This document shows positions 7,403-17,529 of a stretch of 64,000 bases of DNA, piece by piece; within the stretch, counting starts at the first letter, position 1, and every line of letters starts with the position of its first letter. The translations under genes were made by a program, and so were the position numbers. The stretch lies in assembly GCA_049840815.1 (NCBI GenBank), contig JASGJI010000019.1, positions 401,407-465,406 on the forward strand, read 5' to 3'. The DNA is from Thermomicrobiales bacterium. Lineage in GTDB: Bacteria; Chloroflexota; Chloroflexia; Thermomicrobiales; UBA6265. The notes beneath the pieces were generated by a model. That model made no database searches. It was given only the letters and a program-made list of their open reading frames with translations, and had not been told where the DNA came from.

Positions 7403-9226
7403 CTACTGGACCGGCTTGATCGTGTTGATCCAGAGCGGCGAGCACCGGTGCCAGAACGCCGTATTGATGTACGGGTTGTTCTCGTCCGGGAAGTTCGTCC
7501 AGTACGTCGAGTTCGTCGGGATGCGGTGGAACCACTGCGCGAGCTGCACGTCTGGCAAGTCCTTCACCCAGATCGTCATCGCCTCCTTGAAGAGTTCGGC
7601 AACCTTGTCCGAACCTTCCTCGGTGACGGCCATCTCGTCGACGAGCTTGTCGTAGTCCGCATTCACCCAACGATAGGGCTGTTGGGCGCGTTGGCCGGTC
7701 GGCAGCGAGTAGCGGCTGTGGTAGAGGTTCAGGGTGAAGTAGGGGTCGCGGACGGAGCCGCCGTGACCGAAGATGAAGGCGTCGATGTCGCCGGTGTAGA
7801 CCGTATCGGCGAATTCGTTGCCGATCGCGTTCTTGAACGAGGCATCGAATCCGGCCTGGATCAGCAACTGGGTCAGGATTGGCGCGATGTCCTGGAAGAG
7901 CGTCAGGCTGGTGATGACCATTGTGAACTTCTGGCCATCCTTCTCCCAGAAGCCATCGCCATTCTTCGCCCAACCCTTGCCCTGCATCTTCTCGTCGACC
8001 TTGTCCTGGCCGGATTCGCTGATCTGGTCCTGCAGGTCCTTGATCTGGTCCATGTAGGCGACCAGCGACGGGAAGTTCGGATACGGCAGCAACGACTTCT
8101 CGCTCGCGCCCTTGTAGGCGAACTGGATCAGCTTGTCGCGGTCGATCGCGTAGTTGATCGCCCAGCGGATGTCCGGATCGTCATACGGGGCCTTCATGCA
8201 GTTGAAGCCGAGGCCGATCGGCCACCAGTCACGATAGCCATATGGCGGGTTCGTGCCCGTCCAGGTCTTGATGGCCGGGTTCTGCTTCTGGATGGCCTGG
8301 ATGTTGTCCGGCCGGAGGTCGATGGAGAGGTCGTCCTCGTTCGCGATGGCGAGCTGGACCATCTTCGTCTCGTCCGCGCCGGGGATGATGAGGATGCGCT
8401 GCGGTTCCGGCAGCGCGTGGAAGCCGGTCTTGGCCGCCCACCAGTCATCGTTGCGGTCGTAGATGCGCTGCTCGCCGGAGGTCTGCACCATCTTCCATGC
8501 GCCGGTCGTGACCGGCAGGCCCTTCGCGATGTCGAGGAAGGTGTAGGTGGTGGGGTCTTCCTTCTCCCAGATGTGCTTCGGCACAATGATCATGCCGATG
8601 TCGAAGTGGTAGGTGAAGAACTGGGTGAGGAAGCGCGGATTCGGCTCGTTGAGCGTGATCGTGGTGGTGAGCTTGTCGGTGGAGACCGCTTCCTTCACCC
8701 ACTTGGTCATGTCGATCGACCAGCTCAGTTGCGGTGCGTACTTCTTCAGCATGTCGATCGTGAAGACGACATCATCGGAGGTGTACGGCTGGCCATCGTT
8801 CCAGGTGACGCCGTCGCGCCAGTTGATGACGACCTCGGTGAAGTCGTCGTTGTACTTGAAGGCCGTTGCCAGCCACGGGATCAGCCCGTTCTCGCAGTCC
8901 ATGCCCTCCGGACCGCAGACGGAATCGGTGTTGTAGGCGTTGTAGTAGAACGCCGGCTCGAAGTTGTAGGGGAAGCCGGTGCTGGTGGAGATGCCCGGCA
9001 CATAGGGGTTGAAGGTGGTGGCATCGGTGATCTGGACGGCGGTGATGCCGAAGATCAGCGTGCGGTTGCGTGGCACGTCCTTCAGCTGGCCGCTGTCCTG
9101 GGCGGCGATGACCGAGGCGGGCAGCGGGATGTCGAGCAGCATGCCGCCGACGGCCGCGCCAGCGGCCCCCTTCAGCAGGTTGCGGCGGGAGAAAGGCGCG
9201 TTGAACTTTTCAGCGATGTCGGTCAC
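7403..9226 (-). CDS. ABC transporter substrate-binding protein, family 5 (peptide/nickel type)
   Basis: ORF 7403..9226. It has a Tat signal (FSRRNLLKGAAGAAVGG) and a ~600-aa SBP_bac_5-like body. It is the last gene of the permease/ATPase operon. Confidence 0.9.
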   Translation of the reverse strand: MTDIAEKFNAPFSRRNLLKGAAGAAVGGMLLDIPLPASVIAAQDSGQLKDVPRNRTLIFGITAVQITDATTFNPYVPGISTSTGFPYNFEPAFYYNAYNTDSVCGPEGMDCENGLIPWLATAFKYNDDFTEVVINWRDGVTWNDGQPYTSDDVVFTIDMLKKYAPQLSWSIDMTKWVKEAVSTDKLTTTITLNEPNPRFLTQFFTYHFDIGMIIVPKHIWEKEDPTTYTFLDIAKGLPVTTGAWKMVQTSGEQRIYDRNDDWWAAKTGFHALPEPQRILIIPGADETKMVQLAIANEDDLSIDLRPDNIQAIQKQNPAIKTWTGTNPPYGYRDWWPIGLGFNCMKAPYDDPDIRWAINYAIDRDKLIQFAYKGASEKSLLPYPNFPSLVAYMDQIKDLQDQISESGQDKVDEKMQGKGWAKNGDGFWEKDGQKFTMVITSLTLFQDIAPILTQLLIQAGFDASFKNAIGNEFADTVYTGDIDAFIFGHGGSVRDPYFTLNLYHSRYSLPTGQRAQQPYRWVNADYDKLVDEMAVTEEGSDKVAELFKEAMTIWVKDLPDVQLAQWFHRIPTNSTYWTNFPDENNPYINTAFWHRCSPLWINTIKPVQ

Positions 9227-9444
9227 GGTTCAATCCTCGTACCGTCGTGGGACGGGATGCGACGTGGGGCACGTCGTTCATGAACGGTTGGTCACTGGTC
9301 CCGGTTCTCTCCGTGCGGGCTCTGCGCTGCGTCGCCATTCCTCCCTTCGCGTTGGTGTCCCGGATTGCTCCGCGGACGATTCCGGATGAGGCGATCACCG
9401 GTGGGGTTACGGTCCGGAACGGAGTTCCCATCGCTGGCCGCTGC

Positions 9445-10353
9445 TCATGAGGCGCTCGGGGCCGATTCCCGGCGATTGAGGATGGGCGGCATCGTGAAGG
9501 TGGCGGGATCGGGCGGGGTCTCGTCGCCCCAGCGCATGGATGGGTCCGGCCAGGGGATCGAGGAGACGAGCAGCTTCGTGTAGGGGTGTTGCGGGTCCTT
9601 GATCACCGGCACGACATCGCCCGATTCCACGACGTTGCCCTTGTAGAGCACCAGGATGTCGTCGCTCACCTGATAGGCGGTGGTCAGGTCGTGGGTGATG
9701 TAGAGGAAGGAGATGCCGTAGCTGTCGTGCAGATCGCGCAGGGTGCCGAGGATCGACGCGCGGAGGGAGGCATCGACCATCGAGACCGGCTCGTCCGCAA
9801 TGATGACTTTCGGCTTGAGCAGCAACGCGCGGGCGACCGTGATACGTTGGCGTTGGCCACCGGAGAGTTGATGCGGATAGCGCCCGAGCGTGACGCGCGG
9901 ATCGAGTCCGACGGCGACGAGGGCTTCCTCCATCATGGCGTGGGCCTGCGCCTTCGACGTGGCGAGCTTAAACTTCCGGATCGGCACGTCCAGCAGGTGA
10001 TCGACTTTGTAGAACGGGTTGTAGACCTCGAAGGGGTCCTGGAAGACGGCCTGCACATCATGCCGATAGGCACGGGATTCCGCGCCTCCGAGCGAGGCGA
10101 TGTTCTGGCCGCGATACAGGATCTCCCCCTGCGTCGGGTGCTGGAATCCCAGCAGCAGGCGGGCGAACGTCGTCTTGCCGCTGCCGCTCTCCCCGACGAG
10201 GGAGGTGAAGATCGGCTTGTCCTCCGGAATCGCGAAGGTCATGTCGTTGAGCGCGATCGTGCCGCCCTTCTCCGGATTGCCGAAGATCTGGCTGACGTTG
10301 CGCATCTCCAGCAGGTTCGCTCCGGATCGCGCCGGTTGGGCGTGTTGGCTCAT
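9445..10353 (-). CDS. oligopeptide/dipeptide ABC transporter ATP-binding protein (DppF/OppF-like)
   Basis: Walker A GESGSGKTT, signature LSGGQRQR, Walker B IIADEP. Its start overlaps the upstream stop (ATGA). Confidence 0.9.
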   Translation of the reverse strand: MSQHAQPARSGANLLEMRNVSQIFGNPEKGGTIALNDMTFAIPEDKPIFTSLVGESGSGKTTFARLLLGFQHPTQGEILYRGQNIASLGGAESRAYRHDVQAVFQDPFEVYNPFYKVDHLLDVPIRKFKLATSKAQAHAMMEEALVAVGLDPRVTLGRYPHQLSGGQRQRITVARALLLKPKVIIADEPVSMVDASLRASILGTLRDLHDSYGISFLYITHDLTTAYQVSDDILVLYKGNVVESGDVVPVIKDPQHPYTKLLVSSIPWPDPSMRWGDETPPDPATFTMPPILNRRESAPSAS

Positions 10354-11303
10354 GAGGTCGCCTCCTGGGCTTCGGTGGCGGCGATGTTCGCGGCGGTGGC
10401 GGCATCGGAGGCCGATCGCGCCTTGCGGAATGCGCCGCGCTCGGTCAGCGTCGGCAGGCTGGAGATCAGCATCTGGGTATAGGGGTGTTTCGGCGCGGTG
10501 AAGATGTTCTGGATGGTATCGACCTCCACGAGCTTGCCGCGATACATCACCCCGACGCGATCGACGAACTGGGCGAGCAGGCCCATGTCGTGCCCGACGA
10601 AGAGGACGCTGGCGCCGATCAGGTCCTGCACGTGTCCCAGTGTCTCCATGACCCGCCGTTGCACCACCACGTCGAGCGCCGAGGTCGGCTCGTCGGCGAT
10701 GATCAGGTTCGGGGCGAGTGTGATGGAGAGCGCGATGCAGACGCGCTGCTTCATGCCGCCACTGAGTTCATGCGGGTAGAGCTTCGCGGCGGAGACTGGC
10801 AGGCCGACCATCGTCAGCAGCTCGTTCATGCGCTCCGCGATCTCCGCCTTGGTCGCCTTCTCGTTGTGGGCGAGGATGCTGTCCTCGAAGTGGTCGCGCA
10901 CGCGGCGGACCGGGTTCAGCGAATTCATCGACCCTTGCGGGATCATCGAGACGGCGGAGAGGCGCATCTCCCGCATCTGCTCGGTTGAGAGCGTCGCCAT
11001 GTCGATGGTGCCGCCATCCCGGTGGAGCAGGATGCGGCCGGAAACGATCTTCCCCGGCGGCTTGATCATCCGCATGATCGCCAGCGCGGTGGTCGACTTG
11101 CCGGAGCCGGATTCGCCGACGAGCCCGAAGCGCTCGCCCTTGTTCAACGTGAAGGAGACGCCGTTCACGGCATTGAAGTCGCCACGGTCGGTGGGGAACT
11201 GCACGCGCAGGTCCTCGACGGTGAGCACCGGTTCGTTCGTGAGCGAGCGGCGCGGCGTGCTGCCGGTCGCTGCGGGAGTGGGTGCGGTTGGCACTGCGCT
11301 CAT
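10350..11303 (-). CDS. oligopeptide/dipeptide ABC transporter ATP-binding protein (DppD/OppD-like)
   Basis: ORF 10350..11414 trimmed to ATG 11303, which forms an ATGA overlap with the permease stop. Motifs: GESGSGKST, LSGGMKQR, IIADEP. Confidence 0.9.
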   Translation of the reverse strand: MSAVPTAPTPAATGSTPRRSLTNEPVLTVEDLRVQFPTDRGDFNAVNGVSFTLNKGERFGLVGESGSGKSTTALAIMRMIKPPGKIVSGRILLHRDGGTIDMATLSTEQMREMRLSAVSMIPQGSMNSLNPVRRVRDHFEDSILAHNEKATKAEIAERMNELLTMVGLPVSAAKLYPHELSGGMKQRVCIALSITLAPNLIIADEPTSALDVVVQRRVMETLGHVQDLIGASVLFVGHDMGLLAQFVDRVGVMYRGKLVEVDTIQNIFTAPKHPYTQMLISSLPTLTERGAFRKARSASDAATAANIAATEAQEATS

Positions 11304-12214
11304 GCGTCGGCCTTTCGGAGGCGGGGATTCGCGATTTCGTCGAGTCCGGCGCTCATCAGGAAGAGGCTGAGGAAGAGGATGATGATCAGGGCGATCGGCA
11401 TCACGATCCACCACCAGAGTCCCCGGATGACGGCGTTGTAGGTGATGCTCCAGTAGATCGTCATGCCCAGGGTCGGTTCGTTCTGCGGCCCGAGTCCGAG
11501 GGCTTCAAGACCGATGGAGGCGAGGATCGCCGCGGAGACGGAGCCGACGAAACTTGCCGCGAGGAAGGGCAGCAGGTTCGGCATGATCTCGCGGAAGATG
11601 ATCTCCGGGGTGCGCATGCCGGAGAGCTTCGCCATCTGGATGTAGGCGCGTTCCCGCAGGCTGAGTACTTGCGACCGGATGGTGCGTGCTGGCCACATCC
11701 ACGCCAGCGCCGCGACGACGAGGCCCATCGTCTGCACGCTGATCGAGCCCTTGATCGATGCGGCGACGGTGATGAGCACGACGAGTCCCGGCACCGTGAG
11801 CAGGATGTCGCAGATGCCGCGAATCAGCAGGTCCACCCAACCACCCAGATACCCGGCGGTGAGGCCGAGAATGGTGCCGATGAAAATGGCGACCACCCCG
11901 GCGATCAACCCGACCTGCAATGTCAGCGGCAACCCGACGACCGCCACGGCGAGCAGGTTGCGTCCCTGGTCGTCGGTGCCGAAGGGGTACTCGCGGGAGG
12001 GTGCGGAGACCGGCATCGCGGACATCGGGGCGGCGTCCTTGGTGTTCACGAAGAGTGGCCCGAGGAACGAGAACGCCAGGAGTGAGAGGAACATCAACGC
12101 CCCGACCACGAGTTTCGGATTGCGCCGGAGGTACTTGATCGTGGTTCGTCGCCGGATTTCCGAATCGGGCGGCGCGTTGACGAGTTGTTCCTCAACCTGC
12201 ATTGCCAGATCCAT
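11300..12214 (-). CDS. ABC transporter permease (DppC/OppC-like)
   Basis: ORF 11300..12214; multi-TM BPD_transp_1-type sequence. Confidence 0.9.
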   Translation of the reverse strand: MDLAMQVEEQLVNAPPDSEIRRRTTIKYLRRNPKLVVGALMFLSLLAFSFLGPLFVNTKDAAPMSAMPVSAPSREYPFGTDDQGRNLLAVAVVGLPLTLQVGLIAGVVAIFIGTILGLTAGYLGGWVDLLIRGICDILLTVPGLVVLITVAASIKGSISVQTMGLVVAALAWMWPARTIRSQVLSLRERAYIQMAKLSGMRTPEIIFREIMPNLLPFLAASFVGSVSAAILASIGLEALGLGPQNEPTLGMTIYWSITYNAVIRGLWWWIVMPIALIIILFLSLFLMSAGLDEIANPRLRKADA

Positions 12215-12287
12215 GAATCTTCACCTCCGGGAGTCGCAGGCGCCGCGTTTCGGCGCGCGGATGAACGAAACCGAGCGTGCGATGGGG

Positions 12288-13283
12288 TCAGACGCGGATG
12301 CGCGGGTCGAGCAGCGGATACATGAGGTCGACCACGAGCGTGGCGAGCGCAATGGTGAGGATGACCATGAAGACGACGCCATAGATGATGAAATAGTCGG
12401 CGGTCTGGATGGCGTTGTAGAGGAGCGACCCGACACCGGGGTAGGTGAAGACGACCTCCACGATCAGGGCGCCGGAGACGACGTGCCCGAGGGAGAGCGC
12501 CAGCGCCGTCACCTGCGGCAGCATGGCGTTGCGGAGGGCGTAGCGGCTGAAGATCGTCTTGTCCTTCAGGCCGCGTGCCTCGGCGAAGGTCATGTAGTCT
12601 TCGCCGCTGGTGGTCACCATCATGGCGCGGATGCCGATCGCCCAGGAGCCGATGGCCGCGAGGATGATGGAAAGCGCTGGCAGGATCGAGTGCCGGATGA
12701 CATCCCACGCGAAGTGCCACGACCATTGCGGCAGTGTCCCGGCCTGGTAGCCGCCGGAGAGGGGGAACCACTTCAGGGTGAAGGCGAAGATATAGACGAG
12801 GATGAGCGCGAGCAGGTAGTAGGGGATCGCCGCGAGGGTGAGCATCGGGGCGAGGAACCATTCGAGGATCTTCGGCGACTTTGGCCAGGCGATGAGTGCG
12901 CCGAGGATGGTGCCGATCGCGAATGAAAGGATCGTCGTGACCGTGAGCAGGCCGATGGTCCATGGCAGGGCGCGCATGATGAGATCAATCGCGCGGTTCG
13001 GGAAGAAGGAAAGCGAGTATCCGAAGTCGAAATGGATGGTATCCCAGAGGTAGTTGAGATATTGCTGCCACAGGGGCTTGTCCAGGCCGAATTTCGCCTG
13101 GTAGGCCTTCACCATTTCCTCGACGCCGGATTGCTGGAAGCCACCCTGGGTCATCATGGCGAAGAGCCGGGAGCGGACGGGATCGCCGGGGGCGAGGCGG
13201 GGGAGGAAGAAGTTGAGCGTCGCCGCTCCCCACACCACGACAAAGAACAGCCCAATACGCTGCAAGACGTACTTGAGGTTCAT
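12288..13283 (-). CDS. ABC transporter permease (DppB/OppB-like)
   Basis: ORF 12288..13361 trimmed to ATG 13283 (GGAGGG upstream): MNLKYVLQRIGLFFVVVWGAATLNFFLPRLAPGDP. Confidence 0.9.
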   Translation of the reverse strand: MNLKYVLQRIGLFFVVVWGAATLNFFLPRLAPGDPVRSRLFAMMTQGGFQQSGVEEMVKAYQAKFGLDKPLWQQYLNYLWDTIHFDFGYSLSFFPNRAIDLIMRALPWTIGLLTVTTILSFAIGTILGALIAWPKSPKILEWFLAPMLTLAAIPYYLLALILVYIFAFTLKWFPLSGGYQAGTLPQWSWHFAWDVIRHSILPALSIILAAIGSWAIGIRAMMVTTSGEDYMTFAEARGLKDKTIFSRYALRNAMLPQVTALALSLGHVVSGALIVEVVFTYPGVGSLLYNAIQTADYFIIYGVVFMVILTIALATLVVDLMYPLLDPRIRV

Positions 13284-13589
13284 GATCCCTCCGGAATGGC
13301 GGCGCACCCGAATCCCCGTCGACGCGGTGTCGCGCGGGAGAGCCGGGAACGCCATGCGCAACGCGCGAACGCGATCCGTGCTGGAAGTCCTCTATGCGAT
13401 TTCGATAGTGGCATGATGCTAGCACATGGAACCCACTGACCACAATGAGCCAGCGGGCATCCGGGTATCCCGCGGATGGGGCAATGGGGGTGCCCAGGAG
13501 ACCGCGTCTCCCAATCCCGGAGGCGCGGTCCGTGTGGCACCGCCTCTGTCTGCGAGAACGCGCCGAGGCGGTCACGGAGACGGGCGGAC

Positions 13590-13635
13590 ACACACGACAG
13601 GGCGGCCATCGTGCGATGGCCGCCCTGTCGTGTGT
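13590..13635 (-). terminator. 21-bp perfect hairpin downstream of clpX
   Basis: 13590-13610 pairs perfectly with 13615-13635, with a 4-nt loop, 24 nt after the clpX stop. There is no clear U-tract. Confidence 0.55.
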
Positions 13636-13658
13636 CGTGTCCGGGTTGGGGTGAGGCG

Positions 13659-14942
<1,284 letters not shown>

Positions 14943-15020
14943 ATCGTGCCCGCCGCTGGTCGAGGCGATGCCTGGGAATCCGGCGCGGAGGGGATTGCGC
15001 GCCCTCCGCGCCGCGAATCG

Positions 15021-15665
15021 TCAGGATCGCGAACCGTTGAGACCGGAGCCGCCGGGAATGGCAAGCTCGGCGGGATACAGCACTTCGTCGATCAGGCCGT
15101 AGTCCCGGGCCTCCTCGGCGGTCATGTAGTAGTCGCGCTGGGTGTCGGCCTTCACCTTCTCGAAGGTCTGGCCGGAGTGGACGGCGAGGATCTCGGTGAG
15201 GGTGTTGATGACCGCGAAGGTCTCCTTTGCCTGCACTTCGAGATCGGGGATGTTGCCCCGGAAGCCGCCGGACCCCTGATGGATCATGATGCGGGAATTC
15301 GGCAGGGCGTAGCGCTTGCCATGCTCACCGGCGGCGAGGAGGACGGCGGCCATGCTGGCGCCCATGCCCATGCAGAAGGTCTGGACATTGGCGCGGACCA
15401 TCCGCATGGTGTCGTAGATGGCGAGACCGGCGTAGACGGCACCGCCCGGGGAGTTGATGTAGAGCTTGATGTCCTGTTCGGGATCGTCGTGGTCGAGGAA
15501 GAGCATCTGGGCAATGATGAGGTTGGCGACCTGGTCGTCAACCGGGGTGCCGAGGAAGATGATGCGATCCTTGAGCAGCCGGGAGTAGATGTCGAAGGCG
15601 CGTTCGCCGCGATTCGTGCTCTCGACGACCATCGGCACGAGATTCTCGATCTTCGGGATTTCCAT
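15021..15665 (-). CDS. clpP: ATP-dependent Clp protease proteolytic subunit ClpP
   Basis: ORF 15021..15875 trimmed to ATG 15665 ([17 protein letters not shown]...). It has RIIFLG, INSPGG and GMGASMAA (catalytic Ser context). Confidence 0.95.
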   Translation of the reverse strand: MEIPKIENLVPMVVESTNRGERAFDIYSRLLKDRIIFLGTPVDDQVANLIIAQMLFLDHDDPEQDIKLYINSPGGAVYAGLAIYDTMRMVRANVQTFCMGMGASMAAVLLAAGEHGKRYALPNSRIMIHQGSGGFRGNIPDLEVQAKETFAVINTLTEILAVHSGQTFEKVKADTQRDYYMTAEEARDYGLIDEVLYPAELAIPGGSGLNGSRS

Positions 15666-16140
15666 TCGTGTGTACCCTTTTCGTCGTTGGGCGGCTGGAC
15701 GATGCTCGCATGTGGAGCGCTTGCATGGTGGTGTTCGCGACCGGGGCGAGCGTGCGTCGGATGCGTGACATCGACGTGCCATACGTCTGGTTGGGAGGAA
15801 CGTCCCACCGCACCGAGAACGAATGCAATGATAATGCGTGCGTCGAGGCGGATACCTGCCCAAAGGGCGTATCAACGAACCATGAACGGGCGGATTCTAG
15901 CATGCCTTCCGTATTCCGGCGGGCGGGAACTGGCTTCGCGCGGGCATTCCACGCAGCGAGATCGACCGGCCCGTTGCTCGCCGTTCGCGACACCAGCGGA
16001 TGGATTCCGTCCGAACCCGGAATAGGAATCCGTTCCCGTAGCGGGTCAGTTTGTCTGACCCATCCGGCGAAGCCGGATCCTTGCACCTGCCGTTGCCGGA
16101 TATTGGCTTGGTGGTTGCCTCCGACGGTATCGAACCCGGC

Positions 16141-16174
16141 CCTTGTGGCCGCCGTTTTCAGGGCGGCCACAAGG
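16141..16174 (-). terminator. 13-bp perfect hairpin immediately downstream of the methyltransferase gene
   Basis: CCTTGTGGCCGCC (16141-16153) pairs with GGCGGCCACAAGG (16162-16174). Confidence 0.45.
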
Positions 16175-16196
16175 ACCGCTTCTACGGACAGGGATT

Positions 16197-17492
16197 TCAG
16201 TCGCCGCGCTGGCGCGCGCTGGGAACGTCCTCACAGATGATGGCCCATGGGCGATCGGCGGAGCGAGTCATCGCGATCCAGTATGCATTCCGACCCTGCT
16301 TCGCCAATCTCTTGCGCAGGCGCTTTGCGATTGCATCGACGTCCCCCGCGAGTCCGCGCCGCCGAATGTCGATCGCCCCGGCGTCAAGCTCCGTCAGCGT
16401 TCGGCGGAGCGCCTTCTCGTCCCACGGCAGCGATGCCACGATGCGGTGGGAACGTGCGAAGGGGGAACCCGCCGGTCGCGCACCGACGAGGAAGGCGATC
16501 TGGCGGTCGATCGGCGTCGCATCGAGGGTGGTGGCCAGCGACTGGACGAGTCCGGCGCGGGTGATGGCGGGATTCGGGTCATGCAGCCACAGGCCGACTT
16601 CGGGGGTGACGAGTGGACGGGTCTCGGCGTCCTGCGGATCGTCCCCGAGGCCGGTCATGCTGTGGGCCACGCCATCCACGATCACCGTCGCCCGGCGAGG
16701 CGCCGTGGCGAGCGCGGGCGACCAGAGTACGGCTTCCTTCAGGTCGGCATCAACGGCGATCAGCTCGAGTTCCCATCCCGCTGGAATCGTCTCGTGGTCG
16801 ATGCCGGGCGCGAGCTTGATCCCGACCTTCGGAACGCGATCCGCCAGGCCGACGCACCAGTCCAGCGGTGGCTCGGTCTCGCCGTATGCGAACCGGCCTC
16901 CGGTATCGCGGCGTGCGGGGTCGATGAAGACGCCGTCGGCATCTCCCAGGTTGGCTGTGCGGACATCCGCGAGACCCCAGGCAAGCGAGCCGTCCGAAGC
17001 GACGAGCCGTGCATTCGTGAGCGCCATCGCCAGGTGATCCGGATCGAGGTCGACGGCGGTCAGCTGATGCACCCCAGGCACGGCAGCCAGCGCCATCAGG
17101 TCACCGCCGATCCCGCAGCAGAGGTCGACGATCGAGTTGCACCCGGTGAAGCGTTCGGCACGCCAGCGGGCGACCGCTTCGGAGCTCGCCTGTTCGTACC
17201 CGGCGCGGGTGAAGAGCATCCCCCCTGCCTGCGAGAACCGGGATGATGCCCGCGTCCGCAACTCGTGCAGTGTCATCGCCGCCGCGACGACCTCCGGCGC
17301 GAACCGCTTGCGCAGATGTGTGGCCGTGGACACGGGATCTCCGGGCGACAGGTCCGCAAGCGCAGCGAGTGCGTCCAAAGCCTCCGGACTGGCGAGCAGG
17401 GAGACGAGGTCGGATGTGGGCGTGGCGTCGGGCACCGGGGTTCCTTGCAGGCACGAGGAAGGGCCGGGGATATGCTCACCCGACCCTTCCAC
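16197..17492 (-). CDS. class I SAM-dependent methyltransferase (about 430 aa, THUMP-like-type family)
   Basis: ORF 16197..17492 (GTG start). It has the SAM-binding motif VDLCCGIGGDLMALA. The start is uncertain. Confidence 0.7.
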   Translation of the reverse strand: MEGSGEHIPGPSSCLQGTPVPDATPTSDLVSLLASPEALDALAALADLSPGDPVSTATHLRKRFAPEVVAAAMTLHELRTRASSRFSQAGGMLFTRAGYEQASSEAVARWRAERFTGCNSIVDLCCGIGGDLMALAAVPGVHQLTAVDLDPDHLAMALTNARLVASDGSLAWGLADVRTANLGDADGVFIDPARRDTGGRFAYGETEPPLDWCVGLADRVPKVGIKLAPGIDHETIPAGWELELIAVDADLKEAVLWSPALATAPRRATVIVDGVAHSMTGLGDDPQDAETRPLVTPEVGLWLHDPNPAITRAGLVQSLATTLDATPIDRQIAFLVGARPAGSPFARSHRIVASLPWDEKALRRTLTELDAGAIDIRRRGLAGDVDAIAKRLRKRLAKQGRNAYWIAMTRSADRPWAIICEDVPSARQRGD

Positions 17493-17529
17493 TGGACCGT
17501 TCGAACGATGACGGGCAGTGTACCCGCCG

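Noticed and set aside
7334-9283. 649-aa plus-strand ORF, and similar long shadow ORFs: 13476..14888, 21896..23839, 25083..26636, 31437..33590, 33385..34959, 36577..37926, 39370..42216, 44741..46777, 52146..54104, 56745..58184, 58322..59887, 59644..61272
   Set aside because: Each lies antisense to a gene with clear family motifs and is dominated by R, G, D, P, H and L. I recognise no motifs in any of them. I treat them as high-GC artefacts.
16108-16140. tRNA-like string (TGG...GGTATCGAACCCGG) suggesting a minus-strand tRNA
   Set aside because: I could not build an acceptor stem or T-arm pairing. The adjacent sequence forms a 13-bp hairpin that is incompatible with a cloverleaf.
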